Below are positions 38,800 through 48,083 of a DNA stretch of 64,000 nucleotides, piece by piece. Position 1 is the stretch's first letter, and each line of letters begins with the position of its first letter. Both the position numbers and the translations under genes were made by a program. The stretch covers positions 11,319 through 75,318 of the forward strand of contig JAYZBV010000077.1 of the NCBI GenBank assembly GCA_036338595.1. The letters run 5' to 3'. The notes below the pieces were generated by a model. That model worked only from the letters and a program-made list of their open reading frames with translations, made no database searches and was not told the DNA's origin. The DNA is from Planctomycetota bacterium. GTDB taxonomy: Bacteria; Planctomycetota; UBA8108; UBA1146.

Positions 38800-40034
38800 G
38801 GAAACTGACGCTGTTTCTCGTCGCTTTTCTGACGCTGGTCAGTTTCGCCGATGATGTTGCTGCCGCCGATGTCACGGTCTTTCGAGTCGGCAAGATCATC
38901 ACCATGGATGATGATGACCGGGTCATCAACAACGCTGTCGTGGTGGTTGTCGATGGGAAGATCACATCGTTAGGTCGATCACGAGATATCGAGATCCCCG
39001 ACGGAGCAGAGGTCATCGACCGGCCACAACTATGGTTGGTCCCGGGAATGGTCGAGTGCCACAACCACACCGGAGGGTCCAGCCCTGACCTTCACGATTA
39101 CATCTACCTGACCAATCCTGGCCTGCGAACCCTCGAGTCCGTGGTCCCTGACGGTAAGGAGATGGAACGTGCCAGGGCCGGAGGAGTCACCACCGTGCTG
39201 ACGATTCCGGGCAGCGGCAATAACATGTCTGGCTTCGGCACCATCTTGAAGACAGCAGGCACCGGCACGGTCAAGGAAGCTGTACTGAAGGCTCCTGGAT
39301 CGTTGAAGATCGCCCAGGCAGGGAACCCTGAGCGATACTTTTACGGTGTGGGTCGATCCTTCATGAACTTCAATACACGCCAGACCCTGCGCAAGGCGAG
39401 AGACTACCACCTCGCTCGAACGGCGTGGGAAGAGGGGAAACTGGCTGCTGAACCTCCGAAGGATCTTCACTGGGAGGAGTTCCGACCGCTCTTTCGCAGA
39501 GAGACGGTCGCATCGGTGCACACCCAGATTTTCCAGGTGCTGATGACCACCGTGAAGATGGTCGCAGGAGAGTTCGGAATTCGTACCGTGCTCGACCACT
39601 CCACCTTTGACGCCTGGAAGGTGGCGAGGCTGGTCAATGAAGACGAGAGCATCTACACCATCAACGGGCCGCGTCAGATTCACTATGACCGTACTCAACG
39701 TCGGATCATGGGGAATGCTGGGCGCTGGTGGCAGGGAGGCGTGCGACGACTGGGGATCAATACCGACTCTCCGGTGATCCCCCAGGAGGAGTTGTTCTAT
39801 CAGGCAGCGATGGCTTGCTACTACGGCTGGACTCCCTACGAGGCTCTCAAGGGGGTGACACGGATTCCTGCAGAAGCACTGATGATGGACCACCGACTCG
39901 GCAGTATCACGGTAGGCCTGGACGCGGATTTCTGCCTCTGGACAGGCGACCCGATCGATCCTCGTTCATCGTGCGAACTGACCATCATCGATGGCAAGGT
40001 GACCTACGACGCCAGCGGAAAGCGGGTCTTCTGA
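38796..40034 (+). CDS. Secreted amidohydrolase 6 with an intact metal-binding site
   Basis: LVPGMVECHNH (HxH), LKIAQAGNP (Lys), ASVHTQ, VLDHST, GINTDSP (Asp) and GSITVGLDADF; signal peptide. Confidence 0.88.
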   Translation: MRKLTLFLVAFLTLVSFADDVAAADVTVFRVGKIITMDDDDRVINNAVVVVVDGKITSLGRSRDIEIPDGAEVIDRPQLWLVPGMVECHNHTGGSSPDLHDYIYLTNPGLRTLESVVPDGKEMERARAGGVTTVLTIPGSGNNMSGFGTILKTAGTGTVKEAVLKAPGSLKIAQAGNPERYFYGVGRSFMNFNTRQTLRKARDYHLARTAWEEGKLAAEPPKDLHWEEFRPLFRRETVASVHTQIFQVLMTTVKMVAGEFGIRTVLDHSTFDAWKVARLVNEDESIYTINGPRQIHYDRTQRRIMGNAGRWWQGGVRRLGINTDSPVIPQEELFYQAAMACYYGWTPYEALKGVTRIPAEALMMDHRLGSITVGLDADFCLWTGDPIDPRSSCELTIIDGKVTYDASGKRVF

Positions 40035-41374
40035 TGGGTGGTCGAACTCAACTCCTCCCGAGGTGGGCAAGCTGTTTGATGGTGTTGCTGGTTGCACTGC
40101 CAACTCTACCAGCGCAGGCGACTGACGATGCGGATCGTGTCACGGTGATTCGAGCCTCGCGTGTCATCACAGGCACCGGAGAGATCCTTGAACCAGGCGA
40201 AGTTGTTTTCGAGGACGGCAAGATCTCATTGGTTGGAAATCAACTGGAGTATCCCAAGAATGCCAGGATCATCGATGCCCGGGGGCAGACGCTGATGGCA
40301 GGGATGATCCTCGCGCGCTCCAGGCATGGTCTCAGCAATCTTTCGCGAAATGGGATCCATTGTGATTGGTCGCCGTTGCGACAGCTGAATGATCAGGAGA
40401 TGCCCTGGGCTGAATTTCTGGAAGCCGGCATTGTTGCCGCTTCGCTGGTTCCTGCTGGCTCAGGATTTCCAGGACATGCAGTGGTGGTCAACACAGCGCC
40501 CGAGAGTACTGACCGAATCCTCAATGAATCCGCCTTCTTGCCCCTCAATGGAAGAACATCATCTGGACTATACGCCTCGATCGACAAGGCGTTTGGTGGT
40601 GCGAGAGGTGAGATAGAGAAGGTCGAGAAGGCAAGAGAGCAGTGGGACAAGGAACAAGAAGAGGCGAAGAAGAAGGCTGAAGAAGAATCCGGGAAGAAGG
40701 ATGGGGAAGCGGCCGAGGAGAAAAAGAAGGATGGGGAAGCCAAGGATGACAAACCCAAGGAGTTCACCCCACCCGAGATGAATCCTTCGGTCGTCGAACT
40801 GGTCAAGATTCTTCAGGAAAAAGATGACGCTCTTCCGATCGTATTTGATGCGAGCACGCCTGGATTGATCCTTCACTTCGATGCTGCCATGGCAGATGTG
40901 AAGGAATTGAAGGACCGCGACCCGTTGGGGATCTTCATCCTGCCCGGCACTCGAAATGGTGCCTTCCATCAGGTGGTGGAGATGCTCGCCGAACGAAAGG
41001 CCACGGTGTTGATTCCGCCTGGTCTCAGTGCTCTTCCCGATACCTACACGAGGATTTCGATTCCCGTGGCGCTGTCTCGTGCCGGTTGCACTCTGGTGAC
41101 GATACCGCGCACAGACAATCCTGAGGGGATGAGGAACATCCCTGGCATGCTGGCAGAGCTGGTTCGATATGGTCTCAGCCGCGAGGCCGCACTGGCCTCG
41201 GTCACTACCGAGCCCGCCCGGTTGCTTGGACTTGGAGATCGTATGGGAACCGTCGAGGCAGGTAAGGAGCCGCACTTCGTACTCTTCGATGCCGACCCCC
41301 TGGAGCCGGGGGCAAGGGTGATGAAGACCATCATCGCAGGCGAGGTGGTCTGGGATCGAGAGGACAACCGATGA
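40034..41374 (+). CDS. Secreted amidohydrolase-fold protein 7 (metal ligands absent)
   Basis: VVFEDGKI, LMAGMILARSRH, EPARLLG and GTVEAGKEPHFVLF; charged insert; TGATG overlap. Confidence 0.78.
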   Translation: MGGRTQLLPRWASCLMVLLVALPTLPAQATDDADRVTVIRASRVITGTGEILEPGEVVFEDGKISLVGNQLEYPKNARIIDARGQTLMAGMILARSRHGLSNLSRNGIHCDWSPLRQLNDQEMPWAEFLEAGIVAASLVPAGSGFPGHAVVVNTAPESTDRILNESAFLPLNGRTSSGLYASIDKAFGGARGEIEKVEKAREQWDKEQEEAKKKAEEESGKKDGEAAEEKKKDGEAKDDKPKEFTPPEMNPSVVELVKILQEKDDALPIVFDASTPGLILHFDAAMADVKELKDRDPLGIFILPGTRNGAFHQVVEMLAERKATVLIPPGLSALPDTYTRISIPVALSRAGCTLVTIPRTDNPEGMRNIPGMLAELVRYGLSREAALASVTTEPARLLGLGDRMGTVEAGKEPHFVLFDADPLEPGARVMKTIIAGEVVWDREDNR

Positions 41375-42765
41375 GCACGAAAATGAGAGCCTCTCTGGTG
41401 ATGCTGGCGGTCTTCTTCATGGTGACCGACATTCCGATCAACTTCGGACATCGAGTCCAGATGGCCGGAATCTCGGAGGCACAGGACCCGCCACGCCGTC
41501 GCCGGCGTGGGCGCCGACCACCGCCCCCTGCGCCAGCACCTGAACCGGAGAAAGAGGAGACGGAGCCAGAGGATCCCGGTGGCGAGTACCTTGCCATCGT
41601 GGGTGCCACCATCCACACCATCACGGGGCCAGTGATTCGCGGCGGAACCGTGTTGTGCAAGGATGGGAAGATCATCTCCATCGGGGAAGACATCGTGGCG
41701 CCCTCGGATGCTGAAAAGATCGACGCTACCGGACACCATCTCTATCCGGGCCTTGTCGCCTTTCGGTCCAGTGGCCTTGTCGGCTCAGGGGAGCCGGAAA
41801 AGACCCAGGATCCGTTTGCGCTCGGCACGGTGATGGGGCTGGCAGCAGGAATCACCTCGACGTGGAACGGCAGCCGTGTCTGTAAGTTGATTCGAGGCGA
41901 AGTCAGCGACCTGACGCTTCGAAACAAGGCCTTCACCTCGATCAGCTATAACAGCAGGAACCCATCCGGGAAACGCGAACTTCGCGAAGCGCTCGAGAAA
42001 GTCCAGGAACACCTCAGGGAACTGGAACGGCACGAGAGTGACAAGAAGGAAAACCCGGATGCGAAAGCTCCCGACGAGAAGTGGATTCGTGGCCTTTTCT
42101 CTACAGCACGCAATTTGCTGACCGGCAAGAGTATTGCACTGACCCGGGCCTCGACCATCTACGATCTACGTGAGGTTTGTGAGCTGGCCAGGCGGTTTGA
42201 ATTCGAGATGGTCATCGAGGGAGCTGAAGAGGCATGGATCGAACCCGGAGTGCTGGCGCGCTGCAGGGCATCCGTGGTGTTGACTCCTCGTAGTCGCCGA
42301 GACCGGGATGAGAGCCGTGGGGCTGCAGGGGGATCCAGCATCGAGAATGCCAGGATCCTGTACGAGCATGGAGTGCCCGTGACCATCATGCCGGGCAGTC
42401 GAGGAATCGCCTTGTGGGGTCTCGCAGGCCGGGATCTGTCGCACCTACCCCTGGAAGCGGCATTTGCCGTCAGAGGTGGATTGTCTGAGGATGTGGCGGT
42501 GCAGTCGATCACCATCGAACCCGCACGTCTGCTCGGAGTGGCGGATCGAATCGGGTCGATCGAGGTGGGAAAGGATGCCGACTTCATCATCATGGATGGC
42601 GACCTCCTCTCGTACATGTCTCATGTACGGTGGGCTGTCATCGACGGCAAGATCCAGTACGACAAGGCTGAAGAAGGCCTTCTGGATCACATACGCCCCG
42701 CCGGTGAAGATGAACCCAAGCCTCCCGAAGACCACTGGCCGCGTCGACTCGGAGATCCTCTCTAG
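41371..42765 (+). CDS. Amidohydrolase-fold protein 8, probably exported (metal ligands absent)
   Basis: VLCKDGKI, LYPGLVAFRSSG, AGITS, EPARLLG and GSIEVGKDADF; Arg/Pro-rich N-terminal linker; ATGA overlap. Confidence 0.8.
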   Translation: MSTKMRASLVMLAVFFMVTDIPINFGHRVQMAGISEAQDPPRRRRRGRRPPPPAPAPEPEKEETEPEDPGGEYLAIVGATIHTITGPVIRGGTVLCKDGKIISIGEDIVAPSDAEKIDATGHHLYPGLVAFRSSGLVGSGEPEKTQDPFALGTVMGLAAGITSTWNGSRVCKLIRGEVSDLTLRNKAFTSISYNSRNPSGKRELREALEKVQEHLRELERHESDKKENPDAKAPDEKWIRGLFSTARNLLTGKSIALTRASTIYDLREVCELARRFEFEMVIEGAEEAWIEPGVLARCRASVVLTPRSRRDRDESRGAAGGSSIENARILYEHGVPVTIMPGSRGIALWGLAGRDLSHLPLEAAFAVRGGLSEDVAVQSITIEPARLLGVADRIGSIEVGKDADFIIMDGDLLSYMSHVRWAVIDGKIQYDKAEEGLLDHIRPAGEDEPKPPEDHWPRRLGDPL

Positions 42766-42823
42766 AGCTTCTCCGATTCATCTCCCTTTCCTGTCCCACG
42801 CTAGCCTCGAACGGTTGCGTGGA

Positions 42824-42854
42824 TTGACAGTATTCGCTGTGCCGAGACTATAGA
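42824..42854 (+). promoter_or_regulatory. Possible sigma70-type promoter
   Basis: Perfect TTGACA at 42824; the -10 candidates are imperfect (GACTAT at 16 nt or TATAGA at 19 nt spacing), upstream of the 42916 gene. Confidence 0.35.
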
Positions 42855-42915
42855 GGTAGAACCTTTTCTCCTGCTGTCACGGGAGGAATTTTCCCTCGTC
42901 TCGAAGGACAGTTCG

Positions 42916-44973
42916 ATGCCATCCATCCCCAGCCGATTGCCACTGGTGAACCTCCGCATGGGGGCCCTGGTGGCACTGCTATTACTGGCTGGTTTTGCCC
43001 CGGTTCAGGGCCAATGTGCCACCGGAGAGATCGAGTTGTTTGGCGTCAGTGCAGGGGATGGTCTTGGCCGATCAGTGGCCATTTCGGGTGGGCGAACCTT
43101 CATCGGAGCCGTAGGTGATGATGATGGTGGGCTGCTCAGCGGCAGCGTGCGAATTTTCCAGCGAAATTTGAGTGGCTATCAACTCGAAGAAGTATTGGTC
43201 GGACAGGCGGGTAGCCAGCTCGGCTCCTGCCTCGCGGCAGACGGCAAACTTCTGGCGGCAGGTGCCTCGGGTGCCGGGGCGGTAGAGATGTGGCGTAGAG
43301 ATCGCCTCCAGTGGACCCAGATTCAGGTACTCAGTGACCCGCAGGGTCAACCAGGAGACGGTTTCGGCACCTCACTGTCACTGCACGGCGACCTGCTGGC
43401 TGCAGGAAGCCCCTATTTCGAGACCGCCCAGGGTCAGGTCGGCTGTGTCACTCTCTGGAGATTCGACTCCGCGGTGGGGTGGGAGTTGCAGGAGAGATTG
43501 CTCGCTACCGATCGTGTTTCTGGGGATCAGTTCGGTACGGCGGTTTCGCTCGCGGATGGATCCCGCTTGCTGATCGGTGCGCCAGGTAGAGATTTTCTCG
43601 GATCCGATACCGGTTCAGCGTACCTGTTCACCGGTGGAACTGACGGTTGGGTCGAGGAGTTTGACATCGGCACCGGGGCTTCTGCACCTGGTGATCGGCT
43701 GGGAACCTCGGTCGCCATCTCGGGACAGCATCTGCTGCTGGGGTCGCCATATTCGGACATCGCGGGTCCTGATGCGGGAGCGGTCGTCAACTATCAACGG
43801 GTCGGAGACATCTGGGTTCTCGGATCTCATCTGGTCCCACCTTCTGGTGCCAGTGGGTGTGCATTCGGAGCGGTTCTCGATCTCGATGGGAACCTGTTGA
43901 CGGTGGGGGCTCCCACCGATACCGGTGGCGAAGCGTTTCCAGCCGGCTCCGTCTCCGTCTATCGCTGGCAGGGAAACTGGCAACTGGTGGAATCGCTGAC
44001 AGGAAACTCCAGTTCCTTCCTCGGTAGTTCGATAGCCGTGCATCGTGGCGTTGTGATCTCGGGTGCTCCCTTCGATTCTACTCTGGCACCTGTTGGCGGA
44101 AACGCCGTACTGGTGGTTCATGGAGATGAGGATTGCGATCTCGACGGGGAGCCGGATTCATGCTCGATAGCCTCAGGGCTGGTCGAGGATTGCGATCTGG
44201 ACGGTGTCATAGATAGTTGCGGGATCTCGCAGGGACTGTCGATCGACTGTGATGGAGATGGCATCCCGGATTCCTGCGCAACGCTGGAGGGCACCGTTGC
44301 CGATTGCGATGGGGATGGAGTTCCCGATATTTGCGCCATCGATTCAGGCCTTGTCACCGATTGCGATGGCGACGAGATCCCCGATGTCTGCCAGGTGGAT
44401 TGCAATCAGAACCTGATCCCGGACGCGTGCGAGATCAGCCAGGATGGATTCCTCGATTGCGACAGTGATGGCTTGCTCGATATCTGCGAACTTGAGACGG
44501 GAAGTGAACCCGATTGCGATGCCAACGGAATCATCGACAGTTGCGACCCCGATTGCAACGGCGACGGAACACCCGATGAGTGCGAGTTCCTCGAAGGAAT
44601 GGCGGAAGATTGCAACAGCAATCACATTCCAGACGAGTGTGACCTTGCAGAAGCGAACAATGACACCAACTCGAACGGTCTGCTGGACTCCTGTGAAGCT
44701 GGTTTCATTCGTGGTGAGGCAGATGGGGTTGAAGGAGTTGGAATCTCCGATGCGATGCTACTGATCGCAAGGGTATTCGGCGATGTTGCGATTCCCGATT
44801 GCCCGGAGGCCGCAGATGCAAATGCGGATGGTTTGCTGGACATCTCTGATGGACTGTATCTGCTCTACTATCTTTTCATGGGCCAGCCCGCACCCGTCTC
44901 TCCCTTTCCGGAATGCGGGATCCTACCTGTTGATGCGGTATTCAACTGTGAGATGCATCCGTCTTGTCCCTAG
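42916..44973 (+). CDS. Secreted FG-GAP repeat beta-propeller protein with Cys/Asp-rich repeats and a C-terminal dockerin-like module
   Basis: Repeats of (F/L)G.SVAIS...GAP...G; about ten DC(D/N)xDGxPDxC units; C-terminus FIRGEADG...DANADGLLDISD...CG. Confidence 0.8.
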   Translation: MPSIPSRLPLVNLRMGALVALLLLAGFAPVQGQCATGEIELFGVSAGDGLGRSVAISGGRTFIGAVGDDDGGLLSGSVRIFQRNLSGYQLEEVLVGQAGSQLGSCLAADGKLLAAGASGAGAVEMWRRDRLQWTQIQVLSDPQGQPGDGFGTSLSLHGDLLAAGSPYFETAQGQVGCVTLWRFDSAVGWELQERLLATDRVSGDQFGTAVSLADGSRLLIGAPGRDFLGSDTGSAYLFTGGTDGWVEEFDIGTGASAPGDRLGTSVAISGQHLLLGSPYSDIAGPDAGAVVNYQRVGDIWVLGSHLVPPSGASGCAFGAVLDLDGNLLTVGAPTDTGGEAFPAGSVSVYRWQGNWQLVESLTGNSSSFLGSSIAVHRGVVISGAPFDSTLAPVGGNAVLVVHGDEDCDLDGEPDSCSIASGLVEDCDLDGVIDSCGISQGLSIDCDGDGIPDSCATLEGTVADCDGDGVPDICAIDSGLVTDCDGDEIPDVCQVDCNQNLIPDACEISQDGFLDCDSDGLLDICELETGSEPDCDANGIIDSCDPDCNGDGTPDECEFLEGMAEDCNSNHIPDECDLAEANNDTNSNGLLDSCEAGFIRGEADGVEGVGISDAMLLIARVFGDVAIPDCPEAADANADGLLDISDGLYLLYYLFMGQPAPVSPFPECGILPVDAVFNCEMHPSCP

Positions 44974-47900
44974 AGGGTCACCAGTTCGCCGCTCTTGACC
45001 AGCAACACACGGCAGTCGATCCTGTCCATTTCAATTCCCCAGGTTCTCGAGACTGCCAGCTTGTAACTCTCCATTTGATCGGCGTGTTTCTCCGCGGTCT
45101 GCTGCGATGATCCATTGATCTGATCCGTCTTGAAATCGATCACCTCGGCTGCCACCGATCGCCCATCTCGTTCCAGAATCACCAATCGGTCGATGATGCC
45201 ATTCAGCAGGTCGTCTCCCGTGTTGCAGCAGAAAGGTACCTCTCGTTCCAGCACCAATTGATCGCCATCACGCTTGCCGAGTCTCTGCTCCGTTTCCGCT
45301 CGGTCAAGTGTTGCCCGCAGCCCTGGCTCCTGCACCGCTTCGGTGAGTAATTTGACTGTCTCCTCGATGAAGGGAGACAGCCGAGGGTACTCCCTGGAGA
45401 GAAGTTCCTCGATGTCCGGAGGCAAGTCTGCTGTCCACTCGAGTTGTTCGAATGCAAGGTGAACCAGGGTGCCGATCGAGCGGGCACGAAACGACGCTTC
45501 GCTGGAAAAGATCGCAGAGTGTTGAGAAGGAGTTTGAACAACACCGACCGAGGGGGTCGACAGTTGTGGAACCTTCGCCTCCTGCGAAAGCGTCTCTGGC
45601 TCTCCGGGGATCAGTGCCGGACAGCCGGCATCTCCTCGCTCGTAAAGAGTGGCGCCCGGCGTGAGGGGCTGCCCCTCTCCGAGGGTATGCAGAAGTAGAT
45701 GCGCAGCGGATGCTTCGGGAGGTTTTTTCGCGGGGAGAATCATGATCAAGGATCGTCTCGCCCTGGTCATCGCTACATACATGACACTGAGGGCTTCCTG
45801 TAGCTGAGTCTGGCGAGCCTGGCGATTCATCTCGAGATACGGTTCGCCAAGGATCTGCCGATCCCGTTTGGAGATGTAACGGCTGATCCACCGTTCCCCT
45901 TGAGGATCAGTGGTCGCCCTGCGCTCGAGCAACTTGGGAAGCACCTTGAACCAATCGGGAGCCAGCTCGGGAAGGATCACCACATCCCTTCCAAGGCCTT
46001 TCGCCTGATGCACCGTCATCACCTCGACCCGGGATCCACTCGGGGATGAGAGGTGATGAGTGCGCAGGTGAGAGATCAACTCCTCCAGGCGGCAGCCGCT
46101 AAATCGCCGGATGTGGATCTGCTCCATCATCTGACGAATTCTGACCCTGTCCTCTGGCGAACAGATCTGCGCCAATCCCTCGGCAAGGGGAGCGATCGCC
46201 TCGGTGATGCCCAGCTGGTGGATGCGGCTGCGCAGGGTATCCGAGATTTCTCGGGCGATCTGAGGATCGTTCCAGTCGCCGTCAGGATACCCGCCGATGC
46301 TCCGTGCGACCTCTGGCAGTGGCGAACGTGCCACGGCAAAGCGCATCGTCGAGTCTCCTGGATGCTCGACCAGTTCCAGCAGCGCGACCAATCTGCCCAC
46401 TGCTGGAGAATCGACCAGGGGGTTGCCGCCCTCCTCACTGGCATCGATACCTCGTTCCCTGAGCGCTGCCACCATCCGGGCGATGTTCTGGTTCTTGCGC
46501 ACCAGTATCGCGATGGAGCACTCGGTCGAGATCCCGATGATTCGCTCCACTTCATCGATGGCATCGATGTAGGGGCAGACTGCGATCTCGCGGTCGGGGT
46601 GTTGCTGGGCGACCTTGAGGACGATGTGTCCTGGAGCATCTCCAGGACCACCGGCGGCACTGACATGATCATGAAAATTATCGCCCCAGTTACTGATGGC
46701 CTGGCGGTCGGTGCCGAGCCAGCCCGCAGGTGGAAGGCTGCCAAATACCGTGTTGACGCCGTCGAGGATCTCCGGCGAGGAGCGGTACGACTCGTCGAGG
46801 GTCTGGTCCGATCCTGGTTTCAAGAAATCCTGAAGCAGGTCGAGCACTTCTGCTCTGCCTCCCCGCCAGCCGTAGATCGCCTGTTTTGGATCCCCGACAC
46901 AGAAGATCGATCGACCGCCATCGGAATCGCTGGCGACTTCCTCGATGAGTGGGCGAAGTGCAGCGAACTGCAACAGGGAGGTGTCCTGGAACTCATCGAG
47001 CAGCAGGTGACGCGTCGAAGCGTCGAGCCGATACAGGATGGTGTCTGCGGAGGCGAGAACGCTGGCGACCGCCAGAGCCTGAGGAATATCCTGAAACGCT
47101 ACGCCGCCTCTGGTGTGCATCCCGATGCGTCGGAATTGATCGTAACTCGCCAGCAGATCACGGGTGGCGATGTTCTGGGCGCGGATCGTGCCCGAGATGT
47201 GGGCTCGCGCCATCTCGATGATGAGTTGTACCGAGATGTGGATTCTCTCGGGGATCTCGACGCGGTCGAACTTCGGCTCGCCATTGAGGACCGCCAGAGC
47301 CAGCCCGGATTTGAACAGGCCCAGCGCATCGGCTCCGTTCGGGTCATCAAACCACGTGCCCAATCGGGCCAGCGCCCCCTCCCAGTTCTTCTTCGGAGTT
47401 CCCGCCTTTGTCAGCGGACACGCCACTGAATTGAAGAGGTCCTGCACCTTTTGAACTCGTGCATCATCCGGCCTGGTACACATCTGGGGGTTTTGCCACG
47501 CCGAGTAGGGAAACTCGATGAACTTGTCATGGGCGTGGGAGACGATCTGCTGCAGTTGATCCGCCACCTGACTCGTTGCCTTGCCACGGCTCAAGCGGTG
47601 CATCAAGATTCGCGCATCGACCTGGCTGCCGACCGACAGGATCTGCTGGATGGCTGCCGCCTGCACCGCTTCTAGCTGGTCCTTCTCCAGGATGGTCCAG
47701 CCGGGGGGTAGCCCGCACTCGAAGGTATGGGCGACCGCAAGCCGTGCAAAAAATGCATCCAGCGTCGAGACGCCACAACGATGCAACTGGTCGACGAGTC
47801 CTCTGAGGGCGACCTCGATCTGCGGGGAACTGGCAGGCTCGAAGCCCGCCTCGACGAGCGAGTCTTGCAGTTGTTTCAGTGCCTCTGGATCGACCGTTGC

Positions 47901-48083
47901 GGTCAGCATCCGAAGTAGCACCCGTTCCATGATTTCCCCTGCAGCGCGACGTGTAAAAGTCACTGCGAGGATCCCAGCGGGGTCCTCACCACTGGTCAGC
48001 AATCCGATGAAGCGGCTGGTCAACTGGTGCGTCTTGCCGGAACCGGCGCTGGCTCGAATCAGCAGGTGAGGTGAAAAGGTCAT
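44970..48083 (-). CDS. addA: ATP-dependent helicase/nuclease, AddA/RecB/UvrD-like
   Basis: ASAGSGKT, VTFTRRAAGE, LLDEFQDTS, VGDPKQAIYGWRG, SYRS, MTVHQAKGL and YVAMTRAR, plus a C-terminal nuclease GIIDRL...IDFKT. Confidence 0.88.
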   Translation of the reverse strand: MTFSPHLLIRASAGSGKTHQLTSRFIGLLTSGEDPAGILAVTFTRRAAGEIMERVLLRMLTATVDPEALKQLQDSLVEAGFEPASSPQIEVALRGLVDQLHRCGVSTLDAFFARLAVAHTFECGLPPGWTILEKDQLEAVQAAAIQQILSVGSQVDARILMHRLSRGKATSQVADQLQQIVSHAHDKFIEFPYSAWQNPQMCTRPDDARVQKVQDLFNSVACPLTKAGTPKKNWEGALARLGTWFDDPNGADALGLFKSGLALAVLNGEPKFDRVEIPERIHISVQLIIEMARAHISGTIRAQNIATRDLLASYDQFRRIGMHTRGGVAFQDIPQALAVASVLASADTILYRLDASTRHLLLDEFQDTSLLQFAALRPLIEEVASDSDGGRSIFCVGDPKQAIYGWRGGRAEVLDLLQDFLKPGSDQTLDESYRSSPEILDGVNTVFGSLPPAGWLGTDRQAISNWGDNFHDHVSAAGGPGDAPGHIVLKVAQQHPDREIAVCPYIDAIDEVERIIGISTECSIAILVRKNQNIARMVAALRERGIDASEEGGNPLVDSPAVGRLVALLELVEHPGDSTMRFAVARSPLPEVARSIGGYPDGDWNDPQIAREISDTLRSRIHQLGITEAIAPLAEGLAQICSPEDRVRIRQMMEQIHIRRFSGCRLEELISHLRTHHLSSPSGSRVEVMTVHQAKGLGRDVVILPELAPDWFKVLPKLLERRATTDPQGERWISRYISKRDRQILGEPYLEMNRQARQTQLQEALSVMYVAMTRARRSLIMILPAKKPPEASAAHLLLHTLGEGQPLTPGATLYERGDAGCPALIPGEPETLSQEAKVPQLSTPSVGVVQTPSQHSAIFSSEASFRARSIGTLVHLAFEQLEWTADLPPDIEELLSREYPRLSPFIEETVKLLTEAVQEPGLRATLDRAETEQRLGKRDGDQLVLEREVPFCCNTGDDLLNGIIDRLVILERDGRSVAAEVIDFKTDQINGSSQQTAEKHADQMESYKLAVSRTWGIEMDRIDCRVLLVKSGELVTL

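Noticed and set aside
46053..47429. Long antisense or alternative-frame ORFs (e.g. 46053-47429 +, 34956-36224 -, 23901-24950 -)
   Set aside because: They overlap well-supported genes and carry no recognisable motifs, as expected for shadow ORFs in high-GC DNA.
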